A stretch of 64,000 nt of DNA, taken from NCBI GenBank assembly GCA_000320545.1, contig ADNK01000619.1, positions 9,067 to 73,066 of the forward strand, given 5' to 3'. Of the stretch, positions 11,281-23,532 are shown piece by piece; position 1 is the stretch's first letter; each line of letters opens with the position of its first letter. Source of the stretch: Bigelowiella natans CCMP2755 (Eukaryota > Protista > Cercozoa). A program made the translations under genes and the position numbers. Under the pieces are notes generated by a model that did not search any database, was not told the DNA's origin, and saw only the letters and a list, made by a program, of their open reading frames with translations.

Positions 11281-13710
11281 ATGAGACATCCGAATCACAT
11301 CTTCCTTCTGGGAATAATCGGCTCGGCGATCGGATGGTCCTCGCGCAACCTTTCGACCCTTTCTTCCCAAGCCATTTGTCCACCATACGAAGACATCCAT
11401 GACCTCCGTAGCATTGAATGCCCTAGAGCCGCAGACGGGAAACTCTGGTGGACTATTGTCTCGAATCGAACATCGATAAGGATGAGCGCATGCCCAGGCG
11501 TTAGCGAAGCAATGATGAACGTATCAGTCACCGACTGCAAGGATCATACCTGCATGGTTGGAGGTAACGCTTTCAACTTCGATTTGAATTCTAGGACATG
11601 CTTTCCAAAACTGTGCCCCTCATCGTCTTCTATTCATGCTCACCTTGACCCGCAGCTCGTAATAAATAGCAGGACTGAGCGAAGAGTAGAACATGAAACT
11701 TATGTACTTATTCCATCAACACCCATTCTTGCTCTCTACGAATTGGAAAGTGACTGCCCTGCAGGCGAAACACGGGTCTATCTCGTAAGAAACGAATCTG
11801 ATTGTGTTTACCGCAGTCCTTGTCCTGCAGAGGGCTCTTCAATCAAGCTGGTTCTTGGCTTGCTTCCTTTCCCAGTGTTGTACAATTCGGAGCACCGTTG
11901 TGTTCCATTAAACACATCAAGCGCATATTGGGCAAGAGGGCCTCTACATATTACACGAGGAGCTCTTTGTGCGAATGACACGAGGAGTTGTGCTACAGCC
12001 CCCGAGCAGATTCATATGAGTTTAGGATCTGAAAAGGGAAGCATGGTTATTGAATGGGCAACTCCAGGACCCGTACAACCAGTTATCAAGTACGCCAAAA
12101 GCATGAACGACTTACTACTTGGCAGTGAGGGAGAAGGGCAAGCACTGAGTGTCCCAGCACGCTCCACAACCTCATACACTGTCTGTGGGCAAGACTGCAA
12201 GGATCAATACAACGAAGCGTATTGCTCTCCTCAACTACACTACGGGGTCATTGGAGGTCTTGATTCAGGTAAAGGGGGGCAACAGTACTACTACACGGTC
12301 GGAGACGCAAGTGGAGAATTTGGAGAGGAGAAAGGGTTTTCGGATATTAAAAGCTTTCGCACCGTACCCTCAGCAAGAGCAAGAGAGTATCCGTTGCACA
12401 TTGCGATCATTGGCGACATTGGCCAAACAGTTCATTCAGAAGCTACTTGCTACGAGCTAAGGAATGACACTAGTATTGAACTTGGCATAATTGTTGGAGA
12501 TTTGAGCTATGCGGATGGATATGGTCCGAGATGGGACAGCTGGGGAAGGATGGTGGAGAAATGCTTCTCTGAGATTCCGTGGCTCGTGCTTCCAGGAAAC
12601 CATGAGATAGAGTTTGAACACGACACAAAGCAAGCCTTCAAGGCCTACAGGCACCGGTTTCACATGCCCTCTTCTTCTTCTTCTTCTTCTTCTTCTTCTT
12701 CTTCTTCTTCGCAGTATGATGACGACGACATGCAGCAGCAGCACTCAGATTCCTACCGGTACAAATACGTAAGGCAGCCAACGTACCATCAGTTCGGTAA
12801 CACTCAGTATGATTACGGGTCCTCGTACTATAGCGTCGATGTGGGGACCGCGCATTTTGTTTTCCTCAACACGTACACTGATTCACACATCGGCTCGAAG
12901 CAGTACCTTTGGTTGATCGGAGACCTCGATGCAGCGGCCGCAAAGCGCCGTCAAACTCGACGAGACAGTAGCGAGGCTAGAACTGCATGGATCTTCGTAT
13001 TCATGCATGCACCAATCTACAATTCCAATGTAAAACACAAGCCCTCCAGAGAAGAACCGACCGTGGAAATGAAGAATAGTATGGAGGATTTGTTCTACAA
13101 GTACCGCGTGAATGCTGTGTTTTCAGGCCATGTACATGCCTACGAGCGGTTTCACCGAACATATAAGGGGAAGAGGGTGGATGATGCTCCATTCTATATC
13201 ACCATTGGCGATGCTGGTAACCGAGAGAAACTCTACGATCAATGGCCGTATTTGGAACCTTTCTCTGCATTTAGAAATGCCCTCTTCTACGGATCTGGAA
13301 GGCTGTCTTTGATTAACGACAGCATGGCGTTGTGGGAGTGGCAGCCAAATGCAAAGAATGGAACCTGGGATGCGTTTTGGATACAAAATCAAAATGAGGT
13401 GGAGGAGGAGGAGGAGACTCAACCGAAGGAAGATGGGGAAAATAGTAGCGCAGTCATGGGCATAACGATTGCAGCGTCTCTGACATTTGGGTTATTTTTG
13501 ATCATTATTATCGTGTCCCTCGGAATTCATAAATACTACAGACGAAGGCGGCAATCTTCCACTTCAACTGAGGAAGAAAATACGAAAGATGATTTAAGCT
13601 CCATGGCGCGTGAAGAAGGTGATAATGATGGCCGCAGCGTCGCCCAGATTGAGGTAATTAATGCAACGAATAGGCTTTTGAAACAATGGAATCGCACAAC
13701 ACACGTATAA
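11281..13710 (+). CDS. Purple acid phosphatase, intronless, with signal peptide, Cys-rich N-terminal extension and C-terminal transmembrane helix
   Basis: 809-aa uninterrupted ORF with all five PAP motifs (GDIG, GDLSY, GNHE, VFMH, GHVH), FN3-like PEQIHMSL region, YITIGDAGNRE, and TM helix GITIAASLTFGLFLIIIIVSLGI followed by KYYRRRR. Confidence 0.95.
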   Translation: MRHPNHIFLLGIIGSAIGWSSRNLSTLSSQAICPPYEDIHDLRSIECPRAADGKLWWTIVSNRTSIRMSACPGVSEAMMNVSVTDCKDHTCMVGGNAFNFDLNSRTCFPKLCPSSSSIHAHLDPQLVINSRTERRVEHETYVLIPSTPILALYELESDCPAGETRVYLVRNESDCVYRSPCPAEGSSIKLVLGLLPFPVLYNSEHRCVPLNTSSAYWARGPLHITRGALCANDTRSCATAPEQIHMSLGSEKGSMVIEWATPGPVQPVIKYAKSMNDLLLGSEGEGQALSVPARSTTSYTVCGQDCKDQYNEAYCSPQLHYGVIGGLDSGKGGQQYYYTVGDASGEFGEEKGFSDIKSFRTVPSARAREYPLHIAIIGDIGQTVHSEATCYELRNDTSIELGIIVGDLSYADGYGPRWDSWGRMVEKCFSEIPWLVLPGNHEIEFEHDTKQAFKAYRHRFHMPSSSSSSSSSSSSSSQYDDDDMQQQHSDSYRYKYVRQPTYHQFGNTQYDYGSSYYSVDVGTAHFVFLNTYTDSHIGSKQYLWLIGDLDAAAAKRRQTRRDSSEARTAWIFVFMHAPIYNSNVKHKPSREEPTVEMKNSMEDLFYKYRVNAVFSGHVHAYERFHRTYKGKRVDDAPFYITIGDAGNREKLYDQWPYLEPFSAFRNALFYGSGRLSLINDSMALWEWQPNAKNGTWDAFWIQNQNEVEEEEETQPKEDGENSSAVMGITIAASLTFGLFLIIIIVSLGIHKYYRRRRQSSTSTEEENTKDDLSSMAREEGDNDGRSVAQIEVINATNRLLKQWNRTTHV

Positions 13711-13962
13711 GGCAATTGCTGTTGCTTCACACTTGTTCATCACCTCATCGTCGTCGTGGTTTTGTTATCTTTAAGATGTACGAATCTGTACCCTTGGATA
13801 GTGGCATTTTTTTAGGAATTGAGGAGGTTACATTATCCTACTCTGCTTCTCTTTGTCTCCTCCCCTCCACACTCTCTGTCCCCCTCTGTCATTTTAGTAT
13901 GAGCTTAATATATGCAGCAGTATACTATGCAACACAAAGCATGCATACATCAGCACACACAC

Positions 13963-14000
<38 letters not shown>

Positions 14001-14814
14001 TAACACACACACAAATACACACTCGCGCACGCGCATGCACGCACGCACAATAATAATATGCTATGTGTTCTTATTATTAGGAAGAGCTTGAGGCCATTGA
14101 CGCGTGACTTCTAAAGCGCTAATTAAGATTGCAATGCTGTACGTCTCTAGGTCTGGGTAGACGTCGAAAGTAGAGCTATCATATCATAGTATGATTTAGA
14201 ATTGAGCTTAGAGTTTATATATGCGCGACAACATTAATTATTAGATTCGCCATTTTTGGGACCGAGATGCTTGGTTATAAAAGATATTCATCTGACTTCA
14301 TGTGAAACTCGAAGCATAAAATTTCATAGCCATGATACAATGAGCTGACATAACAGCTGCTCGACACTTCTCTAGTCTAGTAGTGCATACACAGCGCATC
14401 GATTACACGCTACGGACGTGCGGGCGCATACGTCACACACACACGCACACATTACGCAGCATTGCATGTACTTGTGACACGTTGTAAATATTACCTATGA
14501 ATATGGTGCCCGTGCTATGTAGATTGATGCCAATTTATGAGATTTGCATCGTACACAATCGTATAATCGTTCTGTACATCAAGAACGTGGACATGAAACT
14601 CATGATGGAGTTCGTCGTTCATCATCGACTTTGTTTGCTTTGCTTTTTTTCCTGTCGCTCCACAACCACATATGATCGAGAAGTGCCTAAAGATTATTGC
14701 AATTAGTGGCTAGAAGTCATGATTTACTTGTGTTGTTATAAATATTAGCTAAGCTATTGTCTCCTGATACAATCTGATGAGGCAACACCTGGGGACTTTT
14801 CGCGAGAAAACGGT

Positions 14815-15900
14815 CAACAGGCCTGTATATGCAAATCAGATATTAAAGGAAGAGAGTACTCGTTAATTTTCATCTCGAGAATTTTAGCTGCACGGTTTAT
14901 CGTATGACCTTCCATTTCTCCTTATTTCAACGGTTGGCAGATTCTGAACCGCTCGAATACTTTTAGTCTGTTGGTGTAGTGTTTCAGATCGATATCTACT
15001 GTTCACAAGGATAAGTATTTTACCATCATCCCAACGTCTGCGATGATGAAAGAAGTGTCCGGTCGTTTTGATGATAACTATACAAATTAGAAAAATGAGA
15101 ATTGCTTTCCTATGACGGTGATGATATCATTGTATAACAGAGAGTCAAATATTAGTAGGCTCATGGTTATTTGGCTGGAATCAGTAGATCTATACTTGTA
15201 ATTTCGCAAGATTACCCCGAGAAAAGTCGGCAGAATGTGTAGGCAGTGAGAGCAGAAAGGTGACGTGTACTTTATGACAACGTCTATGTTCAGACAGGGC
15301 AAAGGGCTGTTAGGTATACCACATTGATAATTAAGCAATAATTCTACCCTTATCTGGAGCTGCTGCCTCCTCTATTTCCAAAGTCTTTTTAAGGCTCCTA
15401 TCTGATTGTACCATTTGTTCCCGTCAGCTTTCGATGACATTTTCTCATTCAAAAGCGTCAACTACTACCTGTGAACGTAGCAAATACGTTTTTCCTAATT
15501 CTTTCTGTTCCAGGATTCCCTGGAATCTCCTTACTCTTATCTCTTGTTAAGAATGGATGATTCAGGTCTCGTTGGCCAAATCCAAATCTGGTGGTAAATA
15601 TTGCTGTCAAGTAACCACTCGGCAGTATATTACACTACACCACACACACACACACACACACACAGCGCGAGAGTGAGAAGGGGAGGGGAGAGAGAAAACA
15701 ACGACCTTACGAGTCTTGCATCACACTCTTCCGTTTTAGAGTGGGAATACGTTGTGAAAAAAATGACCGTCGCCACGATGGCGCTTATGAGCACAGAGCT
15801 AAACCGAAACCTGGTACAACATAATAGTACATTATTGGTACTATTTCCCAATGATTGTTGGCTCTGCCTACTGCTGGCTCTTCCTTCTCTTAGAGCATAA
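14815..15900 (-). CDS. Hypothetical multi-exon protein with N-proximal TM segment; boundaries uncertain
   Basis: Exon-like frames FSSVLISAIVATVIFFTTYSHSKTEECDARL (then GTAAGG donor), FGQRDLNHPFLTRDKSKEIPGNPG, YQCGIPNSPLPCLNIDVVIK, LKILEMKINEYSLPLISD; no recognisable family. Confidence 0.45.
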
Positions 15901-16399
15901 CTGGAACAACCTTTGCATTGTATGGAGCTCGCTGGTCATGTAGATACAGCCCCTATACATCGAATAAGTGGCCCCATACTTTCCACACAAGGCAGCGATT
16001 TCGATATTTGTGATAAGCGATTCGAATTCAGATCTAATGGCTTCTTATTCATCCCTGTCGTCTTATAAATGAATGAGATATCACTATAGCGTCAACCTAA
16101 GTAGCATGGTTATTGTCGTAATCGGAGCAAATCCTGAGTGAACGGATCGAGCGTGATTATTAAGAGCGACCGTCTCGAAGGAGAACAAAGCCTAGAATAA
16201 CAATAATGATGCTACGAAGAAAGAAGAATATTCTAGAGGTTCCTCGCGTCATTATTACACTAATGTGGAAGACGAGAAGATTAAGAATCAACGGGAATAA
16301 TGTCTAAAAATTATAGTAATACTATTAATTAAGATGTTTTTCCGATGGCATTCAGACTAACTTCCTTCTCTTCATCACCACCAGCCTGCCGAAACCCCG

Positions 16400-17778
16400 A
16401 TGGCGTCCTGCCAAGCGAAGGCGTCCACGCTCAGAGGCCACACCGCCCCGGTCCTCGCCCTAGCTACTGGGCCCCTAACCTCAAGAGACAAAGATTTTAC
16501 GAATCCGAGGTCGCTATTGCTGAGCGGAAGTGAAGATTCTACAGTTAGGCTCTGGGACCTCAATTCGAACAAGGTGCGTGCAAGCGAACGTACGTGGTGT
16601 GTGTGTGTGTGTGTGTGTTTGTGCGTTTATTGGTCTGCCTTCCCATTGTAGCCCGTACGGTGCATGATGGGGTGCTTCGAGAAGAATCCGATCAATTCTG
16701 TGTGCTTCACGCCAGGGTCAGTAATCGCAAGACAACCATGTTACCATCACCTTCATCTGATGCCGTACAGATGATAATATTCGACTCCTAGAATATCTTC
16801 AAATTACCATCTACCAATGACATCGTTATGAAGCAGCGAGAACTAAATTCAATCGTTACCAAATCAAACAGGAACCCCAATCTCATATTTGCAGCGGCAG
16901 GGAAAGCAGTGTATGGTTTCGATTTAAGGAAAGAGTCGGTTGTTCTGATGAAAGCTGATAAGGAATTTAAGTATAATTCTGATGATATAAATCAAATCCA
17001 AGTCAACCGAAAAGGCAAGCTTCTTGCCGCGTGCGACGACAGGTGATACACGATCCGTTTAATGACTCTTTCAGCTCATATCGCTTACTATACTACCTTT
17101 CCCCAACAATAATGTCGACTTAGTGGCGGGATCAATATCATCGATATTGGGACTTCGGAAGGCAAGGTTGTTCGGGAACTACAAGATCAAGAGAAAAGCA
17201 TTTGCATGTCAGTTCAATTTCGACCACGGTCTGCTTGGGAGCTGGCATCTGCGAGCCTCGGATTGCAGGATGCAATAGTACAATGGGATATCAGCAAAGG
17301 TAGAGCTCTTCGGAAGTACCAGAATGCCTTCGAAAAAAGCAAAAAGGATGGTGATGAGAAGCAGAAGCAGCAAGTTGTAAACCCGCCTTTTGCAAATAGC
17401 ATATCTTTTTCAAGGGACGGTCACACAGTCGCAGCAGGGCTTGGAAATGGCTCTGTGGCGCTCTATAATTTTAAGTCAAAAAGAGGAGGAGAAGCAATAT
17501 TAGGATCCCTTGAAGGACACTCTTCTAGCGTCTGTCAGGTCGAATTTCCAGCCTTTGGAGACACACGAGATCTGGTCTCATGTGGGAACGACCAAACAGT
17601 AGTTCTATGGAAATTACATGCAGAAAACAAAAAAGATGATAATGGTAGTCTGGGCTCAGCAAAGGCCCGAATCGCCTTACCAGAAAAACCAAACTGGATA
17701 ACAACAACAAGCTTTAATAGTGCATGCATTTGTGTGGCTGACTGCAGTACTGTCATAAAAGTGATGACCATTCGATGA
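16400..17778 (+). CDS. WDR53: WD40-repeat protein, WDR53-like
   Basis: LRGHTAPVLALA...LLSGSEDSTVRLWDL; YNSDDINQIQVNRKGKLLAACDD; VNPPFANSISFS; LEGHSSSVCQVEF...LVSCGNDQTVVLWKL. The pattern matches my recollection of WDR53. Confidence 0.8.
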
Positions 17779-18486
17779 CCTTGATAGGAAATTACACCGT
17801 TAAATTATTCATACATTGTCAAATATTGCGCGATCTATCATTGATGAAACCCACAGCATCCGCTCTGGTGTATAATTCGGGCTCGCGATACGATGGCTGG
17901 CGATGAAGCGTTGCCACCATATAGTTGCTTTCTAGCTTTATCAAGCGATTCACTGTACTAGTGCAGTCGATGTTATTTTATTGAGTGTTGCACGCTAGCA
18001 TGTCCCATTGACTGTGCCTTGCGGTGGTTGTCCAGTCATTTCACTTGGCAATTTATCATGACGCACAATGACAACATGAAATTTTAAGAAGGAAATCACT
18101 TGCCAAAAGATTTGCATTGTGTGTCGCGATGTTAGATTGAGGCTGGTAGCAAGATGAAAATGGAGTTGCATGTTTACTGACTACACATTCTAGCATTGTG
18201 CACGTGCAGATCAGTCAATTGAAAATAAGTCGAAACATGCGCCGTATTGCACGATATTGAATATCATGAGCATCGCCAGGGTTTCATTTATCACTGCTCA
18301 TTTATCTGGCGCCAGCAGGTACGACCAGGGCGTTGGTCATTGATTTATGTGCAATATGAATAACTTCAAGTTCATGTGAAGGAAGTTGCAGGATTATGTC
18401 TACTTAATCTTGGAAGGGAAAAATGCGAAAATGAAAATACGGTTTTATTTAATTCTACGTTTACAGCCCGACAATTAGATTTTTGA

Positions 18487-21400
18487 TCACATAGAAATGA
18501 TTTTCTGCGAGTTTAGCTCAGTCTCATTCAGAGTTACCAATTTCACTGAATTCTTTTGTTGATCACCCGCACGGTGTACCGTAATGTTTGTTGTGTCTGC
18601 AGATGCACCCTCGTCAGTAATTCGTATGGGATTCGTTACGACGTTGAATTCCTTGAATGGCTGAAGTTCACACGTCCACAAGAATCATGACTGAATTAAT
18701 ATCAATTAAAGTTGAGGTTTTAAAATAAAAATGAACCTGTGCTATGTCATCATGAGATTCGTCAAACTTATTTGCCCACCGACGAAATAACCAGTTTGAA
18801 ATCGTTCTTGCGATCTGGTATTATAGATATTAAAGAATCAAAATATAGACCAAAACAATGAGTCATCATTAATTTAAAAACCGCGCCAACGCCCCAGGGG
18901 AGCCAAACTAACGAAAGATCGGAATCACGTCCACAAGCGCCACCTAGACAAACCCATCTGATTCTTTGTACAAAACAAATGATATATGTGCAAACCTGAA
19001 CCAACTGCAGAAAAGATTGTTGAATATACAACAGAACCAATCTGTTTCCATAAAACAATATTCAAACTTCTGGGAAATCAATTGCAGAAGATTCTCAAAT
19101 TACCGCAATAGCAATGGTAGTTATTGAGAAAAAAGCTCCTAGAATTTTCCCGACCTCATCCTTTTCGACCTATTTTCACACTATGTGTACATCATACTAA
19201 ATGGAATAAAGCAAGATGTGCGTAGACCTGCCTACTTACGAGCGAAAGAAAGGCAGGAATCCCTTAAAATTGAGCATTCTCAGGCAATTAATAATTTGTA
19301 TCAAAAAAACATTCAAACCTATGATCGCTGAGACGACAAAAGCTAGGCCAATAATAAAGAAGGCTGGAGAGATGGGCGAAAAAACCATGATAATTAAACC
19401 GATATTTGATGAATTGATTGCCATGAGAAGCACTCTACGAGCTCCAAATAGGTCGATAAGACGAGGTGCCGCAGCCTTATAAATTATCCTTTTTAAGGAG
19501 AGTTTGCGATGCAATAAAATATTCGGAGTGAGTTAGCACCTGGGTGAAGAAACCCCCCGCACCGATTCCAATAGCAACTATAACTGCTACAGTTTGTGTC
19601 CATTTATACGCTGCGATGACAAACGCCTAGAGGAATTTCGTGTCAAAATTGCGAGGATAATAAAATTGGTTATGGGACATACAACAGAAATTGAGAGGAC
19701 GGACAAGCCAATGATGCTAATGAAGACAGCCACCGCAAAATACGACAGATATGGGCTTTCTGTGATTTGGGACAAAATTGCTGATAGAATTATGAAAGAT
19801 GAGAAGACGAGTCATATCATTCCTGTGTTGGTACCATATGGTGTGGCATCACGCCAGGAAGTATTGAGGTTTGGGTCTTGATTAGACTCAGGGATTAGCA
19901 TGTAGGGCAGTGGAACGGTGACTAACGATATGATGCTGCAATCAAAAACCATAAACGTAAAGGTTACTGTATATCACAACCAAATACTTACATTTCCATT
20001 GACATTAATCAAAGGTTTAAACAAAGAAAGTTAAATACCATAGAGATAGATAAACTCGAAAATATTCATAGTGATTCGCAGTAATAACGAATCCTGTAAT
20101 GAATAGCACAGCCACTCCTTGCGTGAATATCCGAAAGATCTGTAACCAATATGAATCTTATGAAGCATGTATAAAATGATATTGAACTTAGTTACATCTA
20201 TGGTGCTAAATGCGTGCGCCCTCCTGCGTATAGTGACGAATAGATCACTCAAATGCGCATTAGCTCCTATCGTAAAGGATTCGGTCGTCCCTGTCATGTG
20301 GTAGATTACTCATTGACTTATTGATGATCAGATTTAGAACTAAAAAGTTTGACCTTGCACTATATACGCTATTGTTATGAGCGGCAAAATTGATGATCCT
20401 CTCCTTCTATACGCTGCTGTTGCTGCAATGAATATCAGTTGTCAGGAATGTAATCAGGAATGTTATCAGGAATGTTAGAAAATCAGTTTTTTAGAATTAA
20501 TTTGTTCAAATTTGAAATTTATCAACGATACCCAAAAGTCCCATTGAAACTGTGATGCCTAACATCGGAAGAGTTAACCAAGTTATCGAATAGGTTGGAA
20601 ATTCAATTTTTAGCAACCTATAACGCTGAGGGTCATTGTTGCATTTCTTCCTTTGACATCAGAGAGCAGTCCGAGAAACGGGAAAATGAAGAACTTTAAC
20701 TAGTATCAAATTTATATGTGTTAATATTCATAGACATGAGTCCTAATGGAGTGCTAACCGCAGCCTCTACTCCATCTGTGATGCCTTTTAAAAATTGAGC
20801 TTCTCTTGCCACCTAGATTGAGAAGCGATTATTTCTGTACTACTTTTATATATGAACGAGGATACCAGGCATCGATCGTTGCAAAATCTAGAACCACTCC
20901 AATCGTTCTGCTCATGTAATCTCTTAGAATGTCGGTGGAATGATGTCGACAAAGGCTTACCGAGGTTCTATCGAAATCCGGTGGGGTTTCCTCCTCACAA
21001 TCGATCGTGGTACGCAGGAATACAAAATATATCAAACGACTAAGAGCAAATAATTTTATCACATTAAAATTTACATCCAGGATATAATTCTAGTAACCTT
21101 GCACTGGAAACAAAGCCCTCCAGAAAAGAGGGAATCTAGGGTTGGGTAAAATTAAATCATCTGCTCCTGTGTAATAAATTTTGGTATCACCAAAAGATGT
21201 TTCATTCCCTTAAACGCCATTGTGTAAGATAAAGGACTAAGATCCTTATTCAAAGGATCCCCCGAAGATTTTTCCCTATTAGAACAACATATTTTATCAC
21301 TCATATTATTACTTTCGTACTACAGTGCCTGAGTTCTACGTATTATTACGAGCTAAGATCGTCGCTTAACACTGTCTTCATCGCAGTTTGTGAAGGATTA

Positions 21401-21984
21401 TCCGTCGGAGAAAGCATGTGATTACTGGTGCTGTGTGGATTGCTGTGCTTCAATTCTCTCGCCAAAATTGATGATTTGTTGCTGGACTCCATTTCTCCAG
21501 GGTGGGACTCCTTGTGGTCGTTCATGGCAGTTGGTTGCATGATCATCAGCGAACACCACAGAAACCTGGCACGAGTGGTGGCGTGTATGCAGCCGACAGG
21601 GCCAGCTGACCGTTCATAATCCCCCTGCGTTTGCAGTAGTGCGACAACAATTTGCAAGCACTAACTGACCACATGGATCCGACATATTGTTGATGAGAGA
21701 GGAAGGAAAGAGCATTCAGTAAGCCGTTCTTGCCTTGCGACAACACCAAACTTGCCTTTTTCCGGTACTATTCCTGGTGCTAGTAGGAGCTCGTGAAACT
21801 CTGATGTAGCACATCTAGTGTCTAGTGCATGCATCAGGACAATCAGAAGAGAAAGGAAAAAAAAATTGTCATTGTTATTAGTCTAGTGTACCGCAGGCAC
21901 GAGCCGATCAGCTAGCTTACTTCCTTCCTCATCAATGGCAGCAGTGCGTACAAGTCTGCGGAATTGGGAGCAAAGGGACACCAT
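18487..21984 (-). CDS. Major facilitator superfamily transporter, multi-exon
   Basis: MFS motif A as PFLGLLSDVKGRN (~20640-20685) and its repeat PRLIDLFGARR (~19430-19470); many hydrophobic exons (YFAVAVFISIIGLSVLSISV, DEVGKILGAFFSITTIA); stop at 18487. The 5' exons and start at 21984 are tentative. Confidence 0.75.
20442..20477 (+). repeat. 12-bp tandem repeat x3 (TCAGGAATGTWA)
   Basis: tcaggaatgtaa tcaggaatgtta tcaggaatgtta, within the MFS gene span. Confidence 0.9.
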
Positions 21985-22460
21985 TCAAACGATCAAATAC
22001 AACATTCTCAAAATATCTCGTACGTAACAACTCCATCTGATTCAATCTGTAACTTGATAACAGTGGTGTGTGTTTGTTTGCTATTTGTCCAACTTGCGGC
22101 GATTTGGTTCTCTTCGATCAAAATATTTAAGAATTTTTAAATGGATTTGGTATTTAGATCTTGAACAAAAATTCTATGTTTTCATTCAAACTTTCACTCA
22201 GACACATCCGTCCGTTTCCGATTGTCTAAGATTGATGCAAGATTGACTGTCCTAGAGAGACAAATGGAGTACGCCATTGATCAATATGTCTTGCTGATGT
22301 CTCATCTGGTATGTGGCATGATTGCTTGATGCAAATTTTTAGCTTCTTGGAACAAGCTGTGGCAGAAAGAGTAGATTCCAGAGGCACTAGTCTAACCCAG
22401 TGACCAGATAGCACGTTGCGATACGAATATGTGATGTACATTGATTACATTGTGAGTTAC

Positions 22461-22974
22461 AGACGTTCCACCGGAGCATCATGGCATGCATGTTGCGATT
22501 GGTGTGCTCAGCTCCATGCAAGTGATCTGACCATGCACAGTCTAGACAGTCAAAAGTTGCAATTGGCGTGCACTGGCGCACATTTGCACTGCTAGCCAGC
22601 TAGCTAGCTAGCTCAACAGCTCTAGAGCTCTAGAGCTCAGAGCAGGGCTAGCTAGCTAGAGGAGTGACTCAAAATTTTGCATTTGGCCTCTTTGCTTGCC
22701 ACTCGCATTATGATGCGTTGTGTTTGCTGTGGGCTAATGAATTGAATTCATTCTGCACACAAAATGGTCAGCAATTTTGCACATCTAGTCAACGACTTGA
22801 TCATCATTGGTGAACATTTCCAGATTTGCACGTGAGCTACTACTCAAGTGCCATCCTCCAGAGATTCACTGCTACTTGCACATCACGCCATGCATCACAC
22901 AACACTAGCACTTGTTGGCAACCGCATCAAAAAATTGGTGGTGCATTCTGCATTCGATTCTGGTTCCAAAGTTC
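22461..22974. other. TpA-depleted, CTAG-rich intergenic tract
   Basis: Manual count: 17 TA dinucleotides, 12 in CTAG and 16 of 17 in CTA/TAG context. Confidence 0.8.
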
Positions 22975-23038
22975 TTAGATGAGGTCGATCGAGCATCTAA
23001 GAGCTCTCACAGTACGAAGGTTCTGTTGAATATTTTGT

Positions 23039-23492
23039 TTAGTATATCTGCTTCTTGGAGCGATGACTAGATTTTCTTCGCCTTGCAGGTCGCGTCACAC
23101 CCTCTATTTCGTCTACCCCTCTCAAGCTATGAAGAACATCTGGTAATCTGTCTTCTGATATGATTGATTTGTTGAGAAGGTTATCGAAGGCGTTAATGTC
23201 TCCAGGTTCTCCTAAGATTCCATCTCCTAAGCCGGCGGCCCTCCTAGCGATGCTATCACCGTTTTCAGAAGCCTTTGTGGGTCCGTACTCTTCAGTTGGC
23301 AGAAGCTGTTTTTCTTGCGTATCACTGTAGCAAAATGAACGAAGTTAGTCATGAAAGATAGATACACCCGCACGCACGCACACGCAAGTATATTAAAATC
23401 AATAGATATATAATGTAAATATTCTTAACATACAAGTGAGTGTGAATTTAAATATGAATGTGAAGGTGTGTTTGTATGTGTGTGTGTGGTGT

Positions 23493-23532
<40 letters not shown>

